Origin: Eledone cirrhosa
Taxonomy: Eukaryota
Assembly (NCBI GenBank): GCA_964016885.1
Contig: OZ024756.1
Coordinates: forward strand, 23,312,001-23,376,000
Reading direction: 5' to 3'
Length of the DNA: 64,000 bases
Shown here: positions 41,591 to 55,199 of the stretch, piece after piece
Numbering within the stretch: position 1 is the stretch's first letter
How the letters are laid out: the number at the start of each line of letters is the position of its first letter
Program-made: the position numbers and the translations under genes
Notes under the pieces: generated by a model
What the model was told of the DNA's origin: nothing
What the model saw: only the letters and a program-made list of their open reading frames with translations
Databases searched by the model: none

Positions 41591-41796
41591 TTAACCCTTT
41601 AGCATTTACATTACTCTATATATCCTATTGTATTTTCACGCTAAACATTTTATCTCACATAATATCGAATCTATAAGATTTTGATATTATTTATTTTGAG
41701 AACAATATCTTAACATCAGTATGAGGGGCCAGTTATAGTTGGTATGAACAGAAAGAGATGAGAGAATTCTGGCCAGTTTAAATGCTAAAGGGTTAA
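41591..41796. mobile_element. TTAA-flanked (piggyBac-like) MITE family, ~205 bp
   Basis: TTAACCCTTTAGCATTTA ... TAAATGCTAAAGGGTTAA. Other copies at 29150-29350, 34096-34312, 42234-42443, 45182-45449 and 50112-50323. Confidence 0.88.
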
Positions 41797-41848
41797 ACAC
41801 CATTTTTTTTTCTTCTCTTCCCACCACCATCACAATATCTCCTCTTCT

Positions 41849-41897
<49 letters not shown>

Positions 41898-44006
41898 ATT
41901 TTTTTTTTTTATTATTATTTAGAGAGCGAGGTGGGAGTATCACCCTTTTTTTGCTGAATAAAATATTCCACTTTTGAATATTTCAGTGTTGTTGCTTGTT
42001 AATCTTCGATGTTGTTCTCCTAGGTTTGTGTTGGTATAATCAATCATCGTTTATGTCTATTTCTTCATATATGGGTTGGGTGAGACTTGGGGGAGCAGGA
42101 AGAATTCCCAACACTAACCCTTACGTTTTTTAGGGTTTTTTTTAATATCTTTTTTGTTTTTTAAGAAACCCCTTGAGTAATACAAAAATAAAGGTGAATA
42201 AGGATATTACAGTCACCATGAAAGCCATGGACTTTAACCCTTTAACATTTACATTGCTCTATATATACTATTCTATTTTCAAGGTAAAGGTTTTATCTTA
42301 CATGTCAAATCTATGAGATTTTGATATTTATTTTGAGAACAATACCTTAACATCAGTATGTGTGGCCAGTTACGGTAGCTTTGAACAAAAAGAGGTGAGA
42401 GAATTTTGGCCGGATACAGCCGGTTTAAATACTAAAGGATTAATATCAGTAACCTACGTATTGACTCTTAACATCTTGTAATGATTCAGCAAAAATTTCC
42501 TAAAATGTAGTGTGTTAATTTAAAATCTTTATAGTATCTTTACTAGTAGACAGATCATTGGAAATATTTGTAGCAAGCTAAAGTAAAGTGATGTAGTTAT
42601 AATGGTGTTTTGGACTTTTCAAAAATGTCTTGCTAACATAGTTTTATGTGGTGCAGGGCATTAAGAATTAAAAGCTAGCCTTATAACAAAACAATAACCC
42701 ACTATCAACAACCTATGAGGATTGGATTAGGCTTCTATAAGGGTAAAGACCCCTTTTGGTTACAAATGACCATGGCATTTGTACCTAGAAAGTTCCCCTT
42801 GAAAGCACAAGTCCAGCCAAGTTTGTTTGTGGAAGACCAGCATACCAGTCTCCCCTCTCTACACCACTGATGTTGTCCAAGGGAAAGACAATGGCTGATA
42901 CAGCTTGGCATTAGTGGCATCACAACTCATTTCTACAGCTGAGTCTATATATATATATATATATTAGCTGGCCCCATGCAGTCAAAAATGACATAATCAT
43001 CATCATTTTACGTCCGCTTTTCCCTGCTTGCAAGGGTGGGACGGGAACTGATTCTGGCTCGATTTCTACAGGTGGATGCCCTTCCTAACACCAACCTTAT
43101 TTACAGTGATTGCTAGGTGCTTTTTTTCCGTGGCACCTACACGTCCACTTTACAGTGGAATGATAGGGACCCCAGTCCCTATCATCTCATTTCTACAGCT
43201 GAGTAAACTGGAACAATGAAATAAAGTGTCTTGCTCAAGGAAACAACACATCACCCAGTCTGAGAATTGAACTCACAACCTTTCGATTGCAGGGCCAATG
43301 CTCTAACCACTAAGCCATATCTATACATATAAAAAAAAAAGAGATGTTTGTTTGTTGGCTGGCTGGTTCCTTCGCACTCACTCACACAAGTGATGCAAAC
43401 ACACAACTGTGTCAAATCTTAGAATGCTGGACTTCTGTAGTTTCTCATTCACACCCTCCCTTCCTCAGTCATCACATAGATGTGTGTATTAGACACCCCT
43501 TCTTTCCTCAGTCATCTCTAGTGTGTGACGGACAAATGCACAAGTCTATTATATTAGTAGATATATATAAAGAAAGAGAGAGAGAGATACAAGTAGTATC
43601 TCACATTCTAAATATGGCGAGTAGAGATATGAATTTATTGAAACTATCTTTACCATTTCAACTCCAAAACTCCCTTTGAGAGGGTTCTATTTAAGAGAAG
43701 GATGTAAGGCAAAGAAGTCTAAAGTGTTTGAGTTGATCCAATATTTTGTTGCTTTTTTTAAGACAATGTTGTTTTGGGTGAGTGGAGTTAGTCTTTGCAA
43801 AAACTTAGTGAAAGCCGCAGATATACTTCATTGTTATTAGATTTCCCACCCACCTCCCCTCACAAAGCAGATTTACTCGGGTCAATTGTAGATATAGGAA
43901 AGGAATTATACACTGAATTTGTGTGTCAATAAAGGGTAGAGGCAAAAATACCTGAGATTTGTATTCTGTGTGAAGTAGATACATATACAAGAGTTTTGCA
44001 TTTTAA

Positions 44007-44242
44007 CCTCTTCAATGCCGTAGATGAGATAACTTGTCCTAACATGTATGTATTCCAGTGCCACAGACAAGATAACTCATCCTAACATGTTTGGACTTGC
44101 TTCCGACAGTTCATAACTTTGAAGCTAGATGGGGTTAATAGATTATTGATGTGATGTTTGTCAATGAAAATAGTCATTTTACTGAAAAACAAAGCCGGCA
44201 CAACAACTGTAGCTGTGTAAAATATAGGCGGCAGTCAACAAG
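44007..44242. mobile_element. Second TTAA-flanked piggyBac-like non-autonomous element
   Basis: TTAA|CCTCTTCAATGCCG ... CGGCAGTCAACAAG|TTAA with subterminal GATAACT(T/C)(G/A)TCC repeats. Confidence 0.6.
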
Positions 44243-45580
44243 TTAAATATGGCAAGTGGAGAAACTTTAATCAACTGAAAGTATCCTTGCAATTTCATGA
44301 CTAATACTTCCTTTGATGGGTGTTCAAATATATATATCATAAATATGGTTGGTTGGTGTTAGGAAGGGCATCCAGCCATAGAAACCAAGCTAGAATCAGT
44401 TCTGTATAAGCAAGACACTGTCATCTGATCTGGCTTGTCTCACAACGCATCTAATAAATGCTAGTGTGGAGAAATAGGCGTAAAATGGTAATAATAATGA
44501 TGATATCATTATCGTTTTACATTTGTTTTTCTATGGTTGCATGGATTGGACAAGTCTTTTCTATATTTTAATTCAAAATAATGAGGATTTGGAGTCCAAA
44601 ACCATATCATTTTGATAGGGCGGTGGATTGGCAGAATTGGTAGAGCATTGGACCAAATGCTTTGTGGCATAGAATTATGGCCCCTTTACATTCTGATTTC
44701 AAATCCCTTTGAGGTTAGCTTTGCCTTTCATCCTTATGAGGTTAATAAAATAAAGTACCAGTAAGCACTGGGTTTGATTTAATCAACTTTCCCCTCCCCT
44801 GCCGAAAGTAGAAACAATTATTTTGAATGTTTCAGTCCAGGTTGCAATGTGGAAACCATTGTCATTTATATGACCTTTGCCCTTGATGTTTAAGTCACCA
44901 ATGTTTTGAATTAACATAGATAATGTTGAGTAACAAATACTCCTCAAGCTTGCAAGATACAAGACCTCTCTAGTGTTGGTGCCAGTGTACCCAGTACATT
45001 CTGTAAATTAATTGATGTTAAGGAAGACGTCACCCGACCAGCCTTGCCTCAAGTGGGACCACTCCTGTCTAACCCATGCTAGCGTGGAAAATGGACGTTA
45101 AACGAAGATGATGATGATGATCCAACTATAAAATTCATGTAAAAAAATTGGAATGTATGAACAAAACATGGACTTCATCATTTAATCCTTTAGTATTTGT
45201 ATTACTCTATATATACTATTGTATTTTCACGGTAAACACTTTATTTCACATGATATCGCATCTACAAGATTTTGATATTATATATTTTAAGAACAATATC
45301 TTAAAATGAGAAGCCAGTTTGAACAGAAAGAGGTGAGAATTCTGGCCGGATATGGCCAGTTTAAATGTTAAAGGGTTAACATTAGTATAAGCAGCCAATT
45401 TGAAGAGAATTCTGAGCAGATACAGCTGGTTTAAGTGCTAAAGGGTTAATGTCTATTTTCCCCAGCAGCAAATGGTGTAAGGGTTGTCAGTATTCAAGCA
45501 GAGGTCTGTATCTTACATTATGTCCCTCGACGCTCTACAAGTACTGCCTGTTAAGTGGCTGGCATTAGGAAGGGCATCCA

Positions 45581-46937
45581 GCCATAGAAAGTATGCTATA
45601 GTATGGAAGGTTTGAGCAAAACTTGCTTATCCAACCATAGAAAGTATGCTATAGTATGGAAGTTGAGCAAAACTTGTTTATCCAACCATAGAAAGTATGC
45701 TATAGTATGGAAGGTTTGAGCAAAACTTGTTTATCTAACCATAGAAAGTATGCTATAGTATGGAAATTGGGCAAAACTTGTTTATCTAACCATAGAAAGT
45801 ATGCTATAGTATGGAAGTTGAGCAAAACTTGCTTATCTAACCATAGAAAGTATGCTATAGTATGGAAGTTTTGAGCAAAACTTGTTCATCTAACCATAGA
45901 AAGTATGCTATAGTATGGAAGTTGAGCAAAACTTGCTTATCTAACCATAGAAAGTATGCTATAGTATGGAAGTTTTGAGCAAAACTTGCTTATCCAACCA
46001 TAGAAAGTATGTTATAGTATGGAAGGTTTGAGCAAAACTTGTTCATCTAACCATAGAAAGTATGCTATAGTATGGAAGTTGAGCAAAACTTGTTTATCTA
46101 ACCATAGAAAGTATGCTATAGTATGGAAGTTTTGAGCAAAACTTGCTTATCTAACCATAGAAAGTATGCTATAGTATGGAAGGTTTCAGCAAAACTTGTT
46201 TATCTAACCATAGAAAGTATGCTATAGTATGGAAGTTGAGCAAAACTTGCTTATCTAACCATAGAAAGTATGCTCTAGTATGGAAGTTTTGAGCAAAACT
46301 TGCTTATCCAACCATAGAAAGTATGCTATAGTATGGAAGGTTTGAGCAAAACTTGTTCATCTAACCATAGAAAGTATGCTATAGTATGGAAGTTGAGCAA
46401 AACTTGTTTATCTAACCATAGAAAGTATGCTATAGTATGGAAGTTTTGAGCAAAACTTGCTTATCCAACCATAGAAAGTATGCTATAGTATGGAAGGTTT
46501 CAGCAAAACTTGTTTATCTAACCATAGAAAGTATGCTATAGTATGGAAGGTTTGAGCAAAACTTGTTCATCTAACTATAGAAAGTATGCTATAGTATGGA
46601 AGTTGAGCAAAACTTGTTTATCTAACCATAGAAAGTATGCTATAGTATGGAAGGTTTGAGCAAAACTTGTTCATCTAACTATAGAAAGTATGCTATAGTA
46701 TGGAAGTTGAGCAAAACTTGTTTATCTAACCATAGAAAGTATGCTATAGTATGGAAGTTGAGCAAAACTTGCTTATCTAACTATAGAAAGTATGCTATAG
46801 TATGGAAGTTGAGCAAAACTTGCTTATCTAACCATAGAAAGTATGCTATAGTATGGAAGTTGAGCAAAACTTGCTTATCTAACCATAGAAAGTATGCTAT
46901 AGTATGTAAGTTGAGCAAAACTTGCTTATCTAACCAT
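45581..46937. repeat. 54/56-bp minisatellite (~24 copies) inside an RTE-tail repeat
   Basis: Unit CCATAGAAAGTATGCTATAGTATGGAAG(NN)TTGAGCAAAACTTGYTTATCYAA. Preceded by AGGAAGGGCATCCAG and followed by CTGTCCAACCCAT, both from the LINE tail. Confidence 0.95.
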
Positions 46938-47535
46938 GTTAAGACTCAGAATGGGATGACCTGTCCAACCCATACCAGCTGGGACAATGATCACAAAATA
47001 ATAATACACACACACATATATAAATGTATGTAAACAGTAAACAGAAATAACAACAAATGGCACAGTACATGGAAGAAGAAATATATTAGTTAAACGCTTG
47101 AAATACTAGGAAGAGAGTCTAACGTTTCGGACACTAGTCTGAATATACACACACACACTAATATATATATATATATATATATAAGAATCAATCAAGAAGA
47201 TCCCAAACCTCATTCCCTTACCAAGTACGGTGGAGCATGTCAAATCAGACCAAGGAAACAATGTTTTTATTGGTCTTTCCATTGCTGATACTGTCTTCCA
47301 GTCACAACTTCTGGCAGAAGAAGCAACTTGAAATAAAGTGTCTTGCTCAAGGACATAATGCATCACCCAGTCTGGGAATCAAACTTGCAGCCTCACAATT
47401 GAGAATCCAATCCTCTAACCACTAAGCCAAGTGCCTATATACACACATCTATATATATATATTGTTAGAATGTGCTAAATATAACAAGCTACTGGAGAAA
47501 TTCACACAAAATCAGAGACGAGCTTACATACTGAA

Positions 47536-47627
47536 GCATATCTGAGAATCTTTTGATTCCAGAGTCAGGTTCGATCAATAATAAATCGTTCCTCGAGCTG
47601 ATTGACAGTGAAACATATGGAATATGC
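47536..47627 (+). ncRNA. Degenerate hammerhead motif
   Basis: GCATAT-CTGAGAA-long insert-GAAA-CATATG-GA-ATATGC: stem I intact, core and cleavage triplet mutated. Confidence 0.45.
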
Positions 47628-48233
47628 TATTAAGTATGTTATGATGCAACACTGACTCTTTGTTCCTTTATTCTTATACTATCATCATTTCATTTTACGT
47701 CCACTTTTTCCCTGCTTGCAAGGGTGGGACGGAAACTGATTTTGGCTCAATTTCTACAGCTGGATGCCCTTCCTAACACCAACCTCATTTACAGTGTATA
47801 TACATAACACCAACCTCATTTACAGTGTATATACATACATACACATATATACTATTAGTGTTCTTTAATTTTTACCTTCTTTTATAATGAATAAAATCAA
47901 ATCAAATGTTTTTGTTTCTTCTTTATTTTTACTTTACTTACATGAGGTGGGAGGGATATATGTGTATGTATAAGGGCATGCACATATATATGTTGGTGTG
48001 TATGTACGTGAATATGCATACATATGTGTGTGTGTGTGTGTAACATGCATATATATATATGAGTGTAAATGTATGCATGTATATGAATAAATATATATAT
48101 ATACATATACATACACAAATGTATATATGCATATTATACATACATTTGTATATGTATATATATATATTTATTCATATACATACAAACATATACATGCATG
48201 CCTTCACATACATATATGTGTAATGTGTGTATG

Positions 48234-48317
<84 letters not shown>

Positions 48318-48924
48318 AAAGAGATGGTGGGATAACAGAAATTTATCAGCTGTCAATGCAATACTAAATAAAATATAGAACTATTTCCATATATGGTTTC
48401 AGATCATTTACATAATGACTTTTGACATGTCTAGTTCCAGGATCAGGACTATGATCAAGAAGGTCTGTACAAAATTAAAATTAATAACCGTTGACAAGTT
48501 CACACCAAATCAAGATCTATTTCTTCTCTTTTGTTTTTTTTTTCGTTTTTGTTGTTTCATATGTTGATCACTTGAGACAGGTTTATGTTTTGGCTCAGCT
48601 GTCTCTAAATTTCATGTGCTAACCTTCTTACCCTTTCAGCTGATTCAGGTCAAGTCAGCTCAGCTAAGCAAGTCAGGACAATTTTCAGATTGTATTTTCG
48701 CATGTTGACTGTTGACACACTCAGGTCAAGTTAGGTCATAAAATGTTTTTAAGCTGATATTTCAAAACCCTCAAATATATATATATTACATATATATAAT
48801 ATATAATATATATATATAAATAAATAATGATATAAAATAACAGCTCAGGTGTTTATTTTAGAGTTGATCCTCTACATATTTAGAGCATAGCATGTCAATT
48901 CTCAAATGCTGACATCCAAACAGG

Positions 48925-49926
48925 TCAGGTCATTTTCATGTGTTGCCCTTTGACATGACTGGATAGTGCCACCATGTTCTGAAAAGATCTTTTACATGTG
49001 GTACAGGTGTAGGCCTTCTTCAGGGGGTTGTGTATGACCTGGTGAGCAGTGAGTGAATAGAGGTATGAAAACCTTCTATGGCACACCTCACATTCGTATG
49101 AACGTGGCTTGTCAATCGGTGCCACCGAGGGACTTTCGTGTATTTTCTTGTGCATCAGCATCACCGACTGTTTGAGAAATGCTTTGCTGCACACATCACA
49201 TGTGTAGTACTTCTCTACCTCAGCCTGTGATGGAGAGTTAGAATGTAGCTGAATGTGTTCAGTAAGGGTGGCAGCTCGCAGAAATGACTTTCCACATTCG
49301 GTACACTTGAACATTCTCTCAGATGAGTGGATCTGTGTGTGTGACGTCAGGTGAGACAAACGAGTAAAGGTGCGTGCACACACATCACATGCAAATGGCC
49401 TGTTGGCGTTGGTCTTACGGACTGGAGGCCGGGAAACGTTTGTAGGTGGTGTGGCCCTAGTCATAGCAGTATTAGAAGAACCAACAGTTGTAGAAGAAGT
49501 GGTTGTTGTAGCAGCAGCAGTGTTGTTGGTAGAGATGGTAGTAGCAGCCGAGGTGATGGTGGACATAAAGTCATCTTCCTCGTTGCTGTCAGTATTGTGG
49601 CTACCACCCCCAACCCCACCAGACAAACACCTGATAGGGTGAGCCGTTCTCTCATGTGCACCACGATCAGCGGCCGAAGCAAAGATCCGTTGACACACTT
49701 TGCACGGGTAGCCGAAAGCTGTTGACATACCTAGTCGTTCTCTATCCTTCCGTTCCTTCCTCATCAAGTTGTGGTGGGCTTTCTCTGCATGGACGGCCAA
49801 GATGGACTCAGTTTGGAAATTCTTGTGACAGAATCGACAGGAATATGGTTTCTTCTTACAAAACAATGGCTTCTTCTCAGGCGAAGGAACGTTTGTGTAG
49901 TCATTGTAATTGAGGAGATCACTCAT
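48925..49926 (-). CDS. C2H2 zinc-finger protein, 333 aa, 7 fingers with Thr/Ser-rich linker
   Basis: Seven CxxC..H..H fingers. Splice acceptor CTTCCTCTTCAG ends at 49928, one base before the ATG, so an upstream coding exon is possible. AATAAA on - at 48852-48857. Confidence 0.93.
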   Translation of the reverse strand: MSDLLNYNDYTNVPSPEKKPLFCKKKPYSCRFCHKNFQTESILAVHAEKAHHNLMRKERKDRERLGMSTAFGYPCKVCQRIFASAADRGAHERTAHPIRCLSGGVGGGSHNTDSNEEDDFMSTITSAATTISTNNTAAATTTTSSTTVGSSNTAMTRATPPTNVSRPPVRKTNANRPFACDVCARTFTRLSHLTSHTQIHSSERMFKCTECGKSFLRAATLTEHIQLHSNSPSQAEVEKYYTCDVCSKAFLKQSVMLMHKKIHESPSVAPIDKPRSYECEVCHRRFSYLYSLTAHQVIHNPLKKAYTCTTCKRSFQNMVALSSHVKGQHMKMT

Positions 49927-50399
49927 TCTGAAGAGGAAGGGTTAAAAGACAAGTATTAAGTTAAAACAAAGATTAAGATGTGTCTTAAGATAAAATGGCA
50001 GTTAAGATAATAATTAAAACACTTTTGATAACAACCCACCCAAAACCACATCTAATTCTATGAAATAATAATAAACCATCCATTTTAAAGCATTCTTATT
50101 TAAATTAAAGATCAACCCATTAGCATTTAAACCCGCTGTATGCGGCCAGAATTCTCTCACCTGTTTAAACCAGCCATAGCTGGCTACTCATATTTATGTT
50201 AAGGTATTTTTCTCAAAACAAACGATATCTCATAGATTAGATATTATATGAGATAATTATGTGAAATAAAGTGTTTACTGTGAAAATACAATAGTAAATA
50301 TAGAGTAATGTAAATTCTAAAGCCTTCAAACATAATTTGATATAACAAGATGATGAATCTGTATAAAAATATATTATCTAAGGTTTCCTTTTTTTTCTT

Positions 50400-52150
50400 C
50401 TTCTTCGCCCACTTATTCCTGAGAGAGTCCTCAAACACTCCTTCCAACAGGTCATGTCAGAAGCAACCATCTCCCACTTATCCGGCTGGATCCCCAAGCG
50501 TGACCAGCCAACCATCTTGCTTAGGGTCTACCCCTGGGTCTCTTGCCAGTTGGTTTTGCCTGTAAAATCTGTCCAGCAATTCTTTCCTGAGACATTCTAA
50601 CCACATTTCCCGTAGTATCGGAGCTGTGATCTCTCAATTCGGAAAAGTAGCAGCTCTACCCGGAGTGACTCTAATCACCAAGATATGCACTTTATCAAGT
50701 AATATTATTCCAAAGATCCTTTGGAGGAATCCCATTTCAGCCGCTTGTATTCATGATCATATTTTTTCGGTAATTACCCAAGATTCACGACAATAGGAAT
50801 TGAAGATAGCAAGTTTGGCTTTTATGCCTTCCTCCCTTCTTCTGATTACTGAAGCTGGCGCATTACTGCACCAACTTTTACAATTCATGCACTTAACTCA
50901 GCTTCCTGCCTTCTATCACTTGTGAACACGGCCCTGAGATACTTGAACTTCTCTACGTGCTTCAGTGGAACACCATTCACATGTAAAGTGCACTGTGCAG
51001 GCTTCCTTGAGAGGACGAGTTTCTCAGATTTTGCAGCCCTGATTTTCATTCCAGCCATGCAGCACTCGGCATTAAACCTATCAAGTGCAAGTCGAAGATC
51101 ATCTTCTGTTGAGTTAAGTAACACCATGTTGTCTGCAAGTTTCAGCTGAATGATTTCACATCCGCCAGTCATGATACCACTTCCAAACTGGCTGCACATA
51201 TCAATCCTGTTCATAAAAATATAATGAACAGGAGAGGTGACAGTACGCACCCTTAGTAGAGTCTGACTCCCACATTGAATGGCTCTGATTTGGCACCATT
51301 TATCCAAACACAAATACTCAGGTATTCTTATAGAGACAGGAGGGCAACATGAAGCTGACCATCGAGCCTATACTCCTGTACAGCCTTCCACAGCAAAATT
51401 GGGATTATCACTCCCAATTGCCATTGCTTAGGTGCCTTTCCAGAGATCCAGGCCACCTGCCACAAACGAATCAGCCAGAGCATACCTTCTCTATTTAAGG
51501 CTTTCAACATCTTGAGCTGGATTTCATCTTCCCCAGCGACTTTGCCACATTTGAGCTCTTTAAATGCTTGTGTCCTCAGCTTCTGAGAGATTAGTCAACG
51601 TTCCCAGATACACCTCATGTACATCAGATGCTGTTGTGATCGGGTTTAGGAGATCAGCAAAGTATTCTCTCCACCTCGCAAGAATGCACCTCTCTGAAGA
51701 GAGGAGAACCCCAGATGCGTTCTTGATAACAGGTGCAGAGGAGGGCTTCTTATTACGAAGTTGGATTCCAGCTTATCCTCAGTCCTCCCATGTCTTAACT
51801 TTGGATGCTTTTACTGTCTCTGCTGCAATTTTTCGGGCCTCCTTGTACCGCAAGTGCAAAAAGGAGGACTTATTTCCAAACCAAGCTTTGTAAGCTGCCT
51901 CCTTTGCTCAGATGGCATCTTTGACTTCTTAATTGAACCATGGAGTCTTCCTGCCATTTGGCACCACACCAAGCCCCTTTCACCAACAGCATTTAACAGC
52001 TGATGCAGAAACTGCTAAGCTGAACCATCTCCACACTGTCTCAACGTCCTCAGTTTGCTCAGGAAGTTCTCTGAATTTGGATGCAATAGTATCTGCATAC
52101 CTAGTCCTGACTTCCTTATCCACCTATGCTTCCCACTTTAACCTGTAAGT
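50400..52150 (-). mobile_element. Degenerate Rex3/Expander-like RTE LINE
   Basis: MLKALNREGMLWL..W..G..PKQWQLGVIIPI, LADNMVLL, GMKI..KSE, VEKFKYL and IQAAEMGFL remnants. Intronic to the 48925 gene. Confidence 0.88.
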
Positions 52151-52329
52151 CACCCTGGACATGCTAGTTTTTATTTATTTATGTTGGTTGTGTGGCTGTC
52201 ATTTGATATGCCACGGAGGTATCATTCTTGCTGGTTCAGTATATTTAACTGTGATAGGTACATTAAGTGAGATACAACTAACAATTATAAACAATACAGT
52301 TGACCTCCTCTGTAAAATTGGAATGGCAA

Positions 52330-52457
52330 CAGCCCAACTGAGGAAGGAGCTTTGTGAGGTCGGGTGGCTGTTGCAGCGGGTGTCGCTGGCCATTCTCTGC
52401 AAAAATACCTTTGCCATTTTGTCTGCTGGGCACAGCCGAAACACCACCTTGCCTTAG
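52330..52457 (+). mobile_element. CRE-clade retrotransposon 3' fragment
   Basis: EVGWLLQRVSLAILCKNTFAILSAG. Confidence 0.6.
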
Positions 52458-52465
52458 GTGTAGAG

Positions 52466-52910
52466 CAGGGGTTGGCAACTTCTTTGCCTCCATGGGCCAG
52501 ATCGAGTATTAATGATGGATAGCGGGCTGGACGAAAGCCATAAAAGAATAATTATGGAAAATTACACAAGCTAAAATTTAATCACGAGTGTTGACTATAC
52601 TATTCATTTCTCAAATCCTGGATTATATTCACAAATACCTCTGAATCCTATGGTTTCCTTCCTTGAAATGATGGAAAATGTGCATAATTTTTATTTTGAA
52701 GTTGATGTTCACACAATTGTATCTTTTTTTCAAAGGCAACAATATGGTTAAACATTTCATTTACGAGCTGAGTTTTACCTTGAAGTTGTAAATTTAAGTT
52801 ATTTAAATAAGTCACAATATCCACAATAAATGCTGAAGTTGTAACAGCAGGCCTTTTATTGTATTCGAAAGTCTCGTCTCTCATATTACAATAAATTTAA
52901 ATTTAAATTG
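52466..52910 (-). mobile_element. hAT (Charlie/Buster/SPIN-type) transposon remnant with one TIR and intact 8-bp TSD
   Basis: TIR CAGGGGTTGGCAAC at 52466 and transposase remnant AFIVDIVTYLNNLNLQLQGK..FEKKIQL..HFPS. GTGTAGAG at 52458-52465 and 52911-52918. Confidence 0.85.
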
Positions 52911-53559
52911 GTGTAGAGTCTGTTACCCTCTCCAGTTCCCCTTTCTTTCGTTGTCTAGTAATCCTTGCTCTTACCCCTCTTCCTCCCATTTATAGTATTT
53001 ATAGTCCTTTCCAATACTACTTTCTTTTTCTGTTTTACTAAATATTAAATTCCTTATTATTTTTTATGTAATTTTATCTTAGAAATATATTTGAGTATTT
53101 TGAAATAAAATATTTTAATATAATGATGATGATGAAAAGGGATGTTCTCAGTGGAGGCCAACAGGGCTGCACATTATTTAAAGAGACCCAAATTATTATT
53201 ATTGCAACCGTATATATTATATCCTATGAAAAATTTCAGCCAGAGGCTCCATATTAGCTTCAATCCTCACCCAGCTCTGGTTCATTTGTTAGTTCTTTTA
53301 CTGTTTTGAACCTCTGGCTACAGTGCCAAGTTTAAGTCAGACTAGGTGTGTCAAGAAAAACATACTGACGGTACCCTAGTCTCATTTTCATCTCTACATA
53401 TATCAATAACAATTAATCCAAAGACGAAAATATGTTACAAGACAAAGATTGTGGTGGTGATAGTAGTAGTACTGGTGATAGTAGTAATAGTGGTGGTAGT
53501 AGTAGTAATGGCAGTGGTTTGTTAGTAGTAGTAGTAGTAGTAGTAAACCTGTTTCAGTG

Positions 53560-53700
53560 GTCGCGTTTAATAGTTAGTGCCCCCTCCCTCCTCCCCACTT
53601 CCGTTGAAATCCCCTTTGTTCAGCTTCCGGTTGGGTTGTCTAAAATATCACCGTGTTTAAATAAATAGATTTCCGTCGTATTCGGCGATGAGTATTCCAG
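53560..53700. promoter_or_regulatory. Candidate promoter for the 48925 ZNF gene
   Basis: CpG-richer patch with two ETS-type cores (ACTTCCG, GCTTCCGG). A strong - strand donor AAG|GTAGGT lies at ~54667. Confidence 0.35.
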
Positions 53701-55199
53701 TCAAACTAGCCCATATATTCTAGTCTAGTTATAGTGCTAAATGGTTGAGTATTTCGTAAAGGCTTGTATCTTTAACGTAAAGCTTAGGCAAAATTAACAT
53801 TACTCTGTGTTCGCCCGCAAGGTTGGCCTTTAACAGACGAATTCAGTGGATTTCCAGTTTTTGTCCCTCTGATTTCACTTAGAAAGTTCAGGTCAACCCG
53901 AGGCCCGTAGTAAAAGATACTGGCCAAGATATCACGCAATGTTACTGAACCATGCATCTTACGATTGCAAAACGAAATGTTTTTTTTTTTTACTCGGTCG
54001 TGGCTGTCTTTATTTGTTCAACTTCATGTGTGTGTGTAAATATAAACACATACACGCATATATATATATATGTGAGTGTGTTTATATATATATAAACACA
54101 CTCACACACCATCATATATATATATAAAACGTAAGATAAACTGATAAACCACTCTCTCTCTCTATATATATAGATATATGTGTGTGTGTGTGTAACGGAA
54201 TATTATGTGTGGTTGTAACGATAAGTGGATGGATGTAACTGTTAGTATGGTGGTTTCGATGTAAAGAAAAATACCAGGATTGTGTTGTTACAAAGTTTAT
54301 TTTATTATAACAATATTCAATTTGAATATTGAATGATAAAATCAATAACACAAAATATTCATACAATAATTTAGTGCCTCTTCGAGCCACGTAAATTCAA
54401 GTATCACAGAATACGATTATAATATAACCGCCGTTATATTATATGTATACGCACTGTACTGTGTTGTTTGCTTTGTTGCTTCCATTTATTTTTCGCATAC
54501 ATACATACACACACAGATATATATATATATATATACATATGAGTGTGTGTGTGTGTGTATATATATACACACACACGTATGTATACAATACACACACGTG
54601 TATGTGTACGATATTATCAAACAAAAACAATCCCATCCATTCACTCGCCACGACCACCGTCACCTACCTTGTCTCTGTACTTGACTGTAGTTTTTACTGA
54701 AAAATCTAGATACTTACATCTATGGCTCTAGCTGACAGACAATTCCAATATCTCTCAGGGTCTTCCCCAAATTCACTCCTGGTCAATCTTCTTCAGTCTC
54801 TATTCCACGTTCTTTCTTTCTTTCTTTCTCCCTCACCTCAGTCTGACAACAATTAACTGAAGCATACATACAAAACAAGTGTCTCCGTCTACTGATAATT
54901 TTTGTTAAATTCATCTAAGAGGAAGCAACTCTCGTTATAAAAATAAAATATATACTTTATTTGTGTTATTTATTTTTGCTGTTTGTGTATGTATGTATGT
55001 GTGTGCGAGAGATGGAGTTTTGGGGCGGGGTAGGTCGAGAAGGTCATGGAGCATTATTTAATAGTTGTGATACTTCGCGTTCTGAGTTCAAATCCCGCAT
55101 GTGATTGACTTTGATTAGCTGCGGCTATCAAATAATTAGCTAGCATTCTTTTGTTTGGTCCTATATTCATTAAACGTTAATAATTATTTTCTTAAACAT

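Noticed and set aside
45581-46937. CRISPR-like appearance of regular arrays (also 24370-25027 and 63143-63708)
   Set aside because: No unique spacers, no cas genes and a eukaryotic context; these are tandem repeats.
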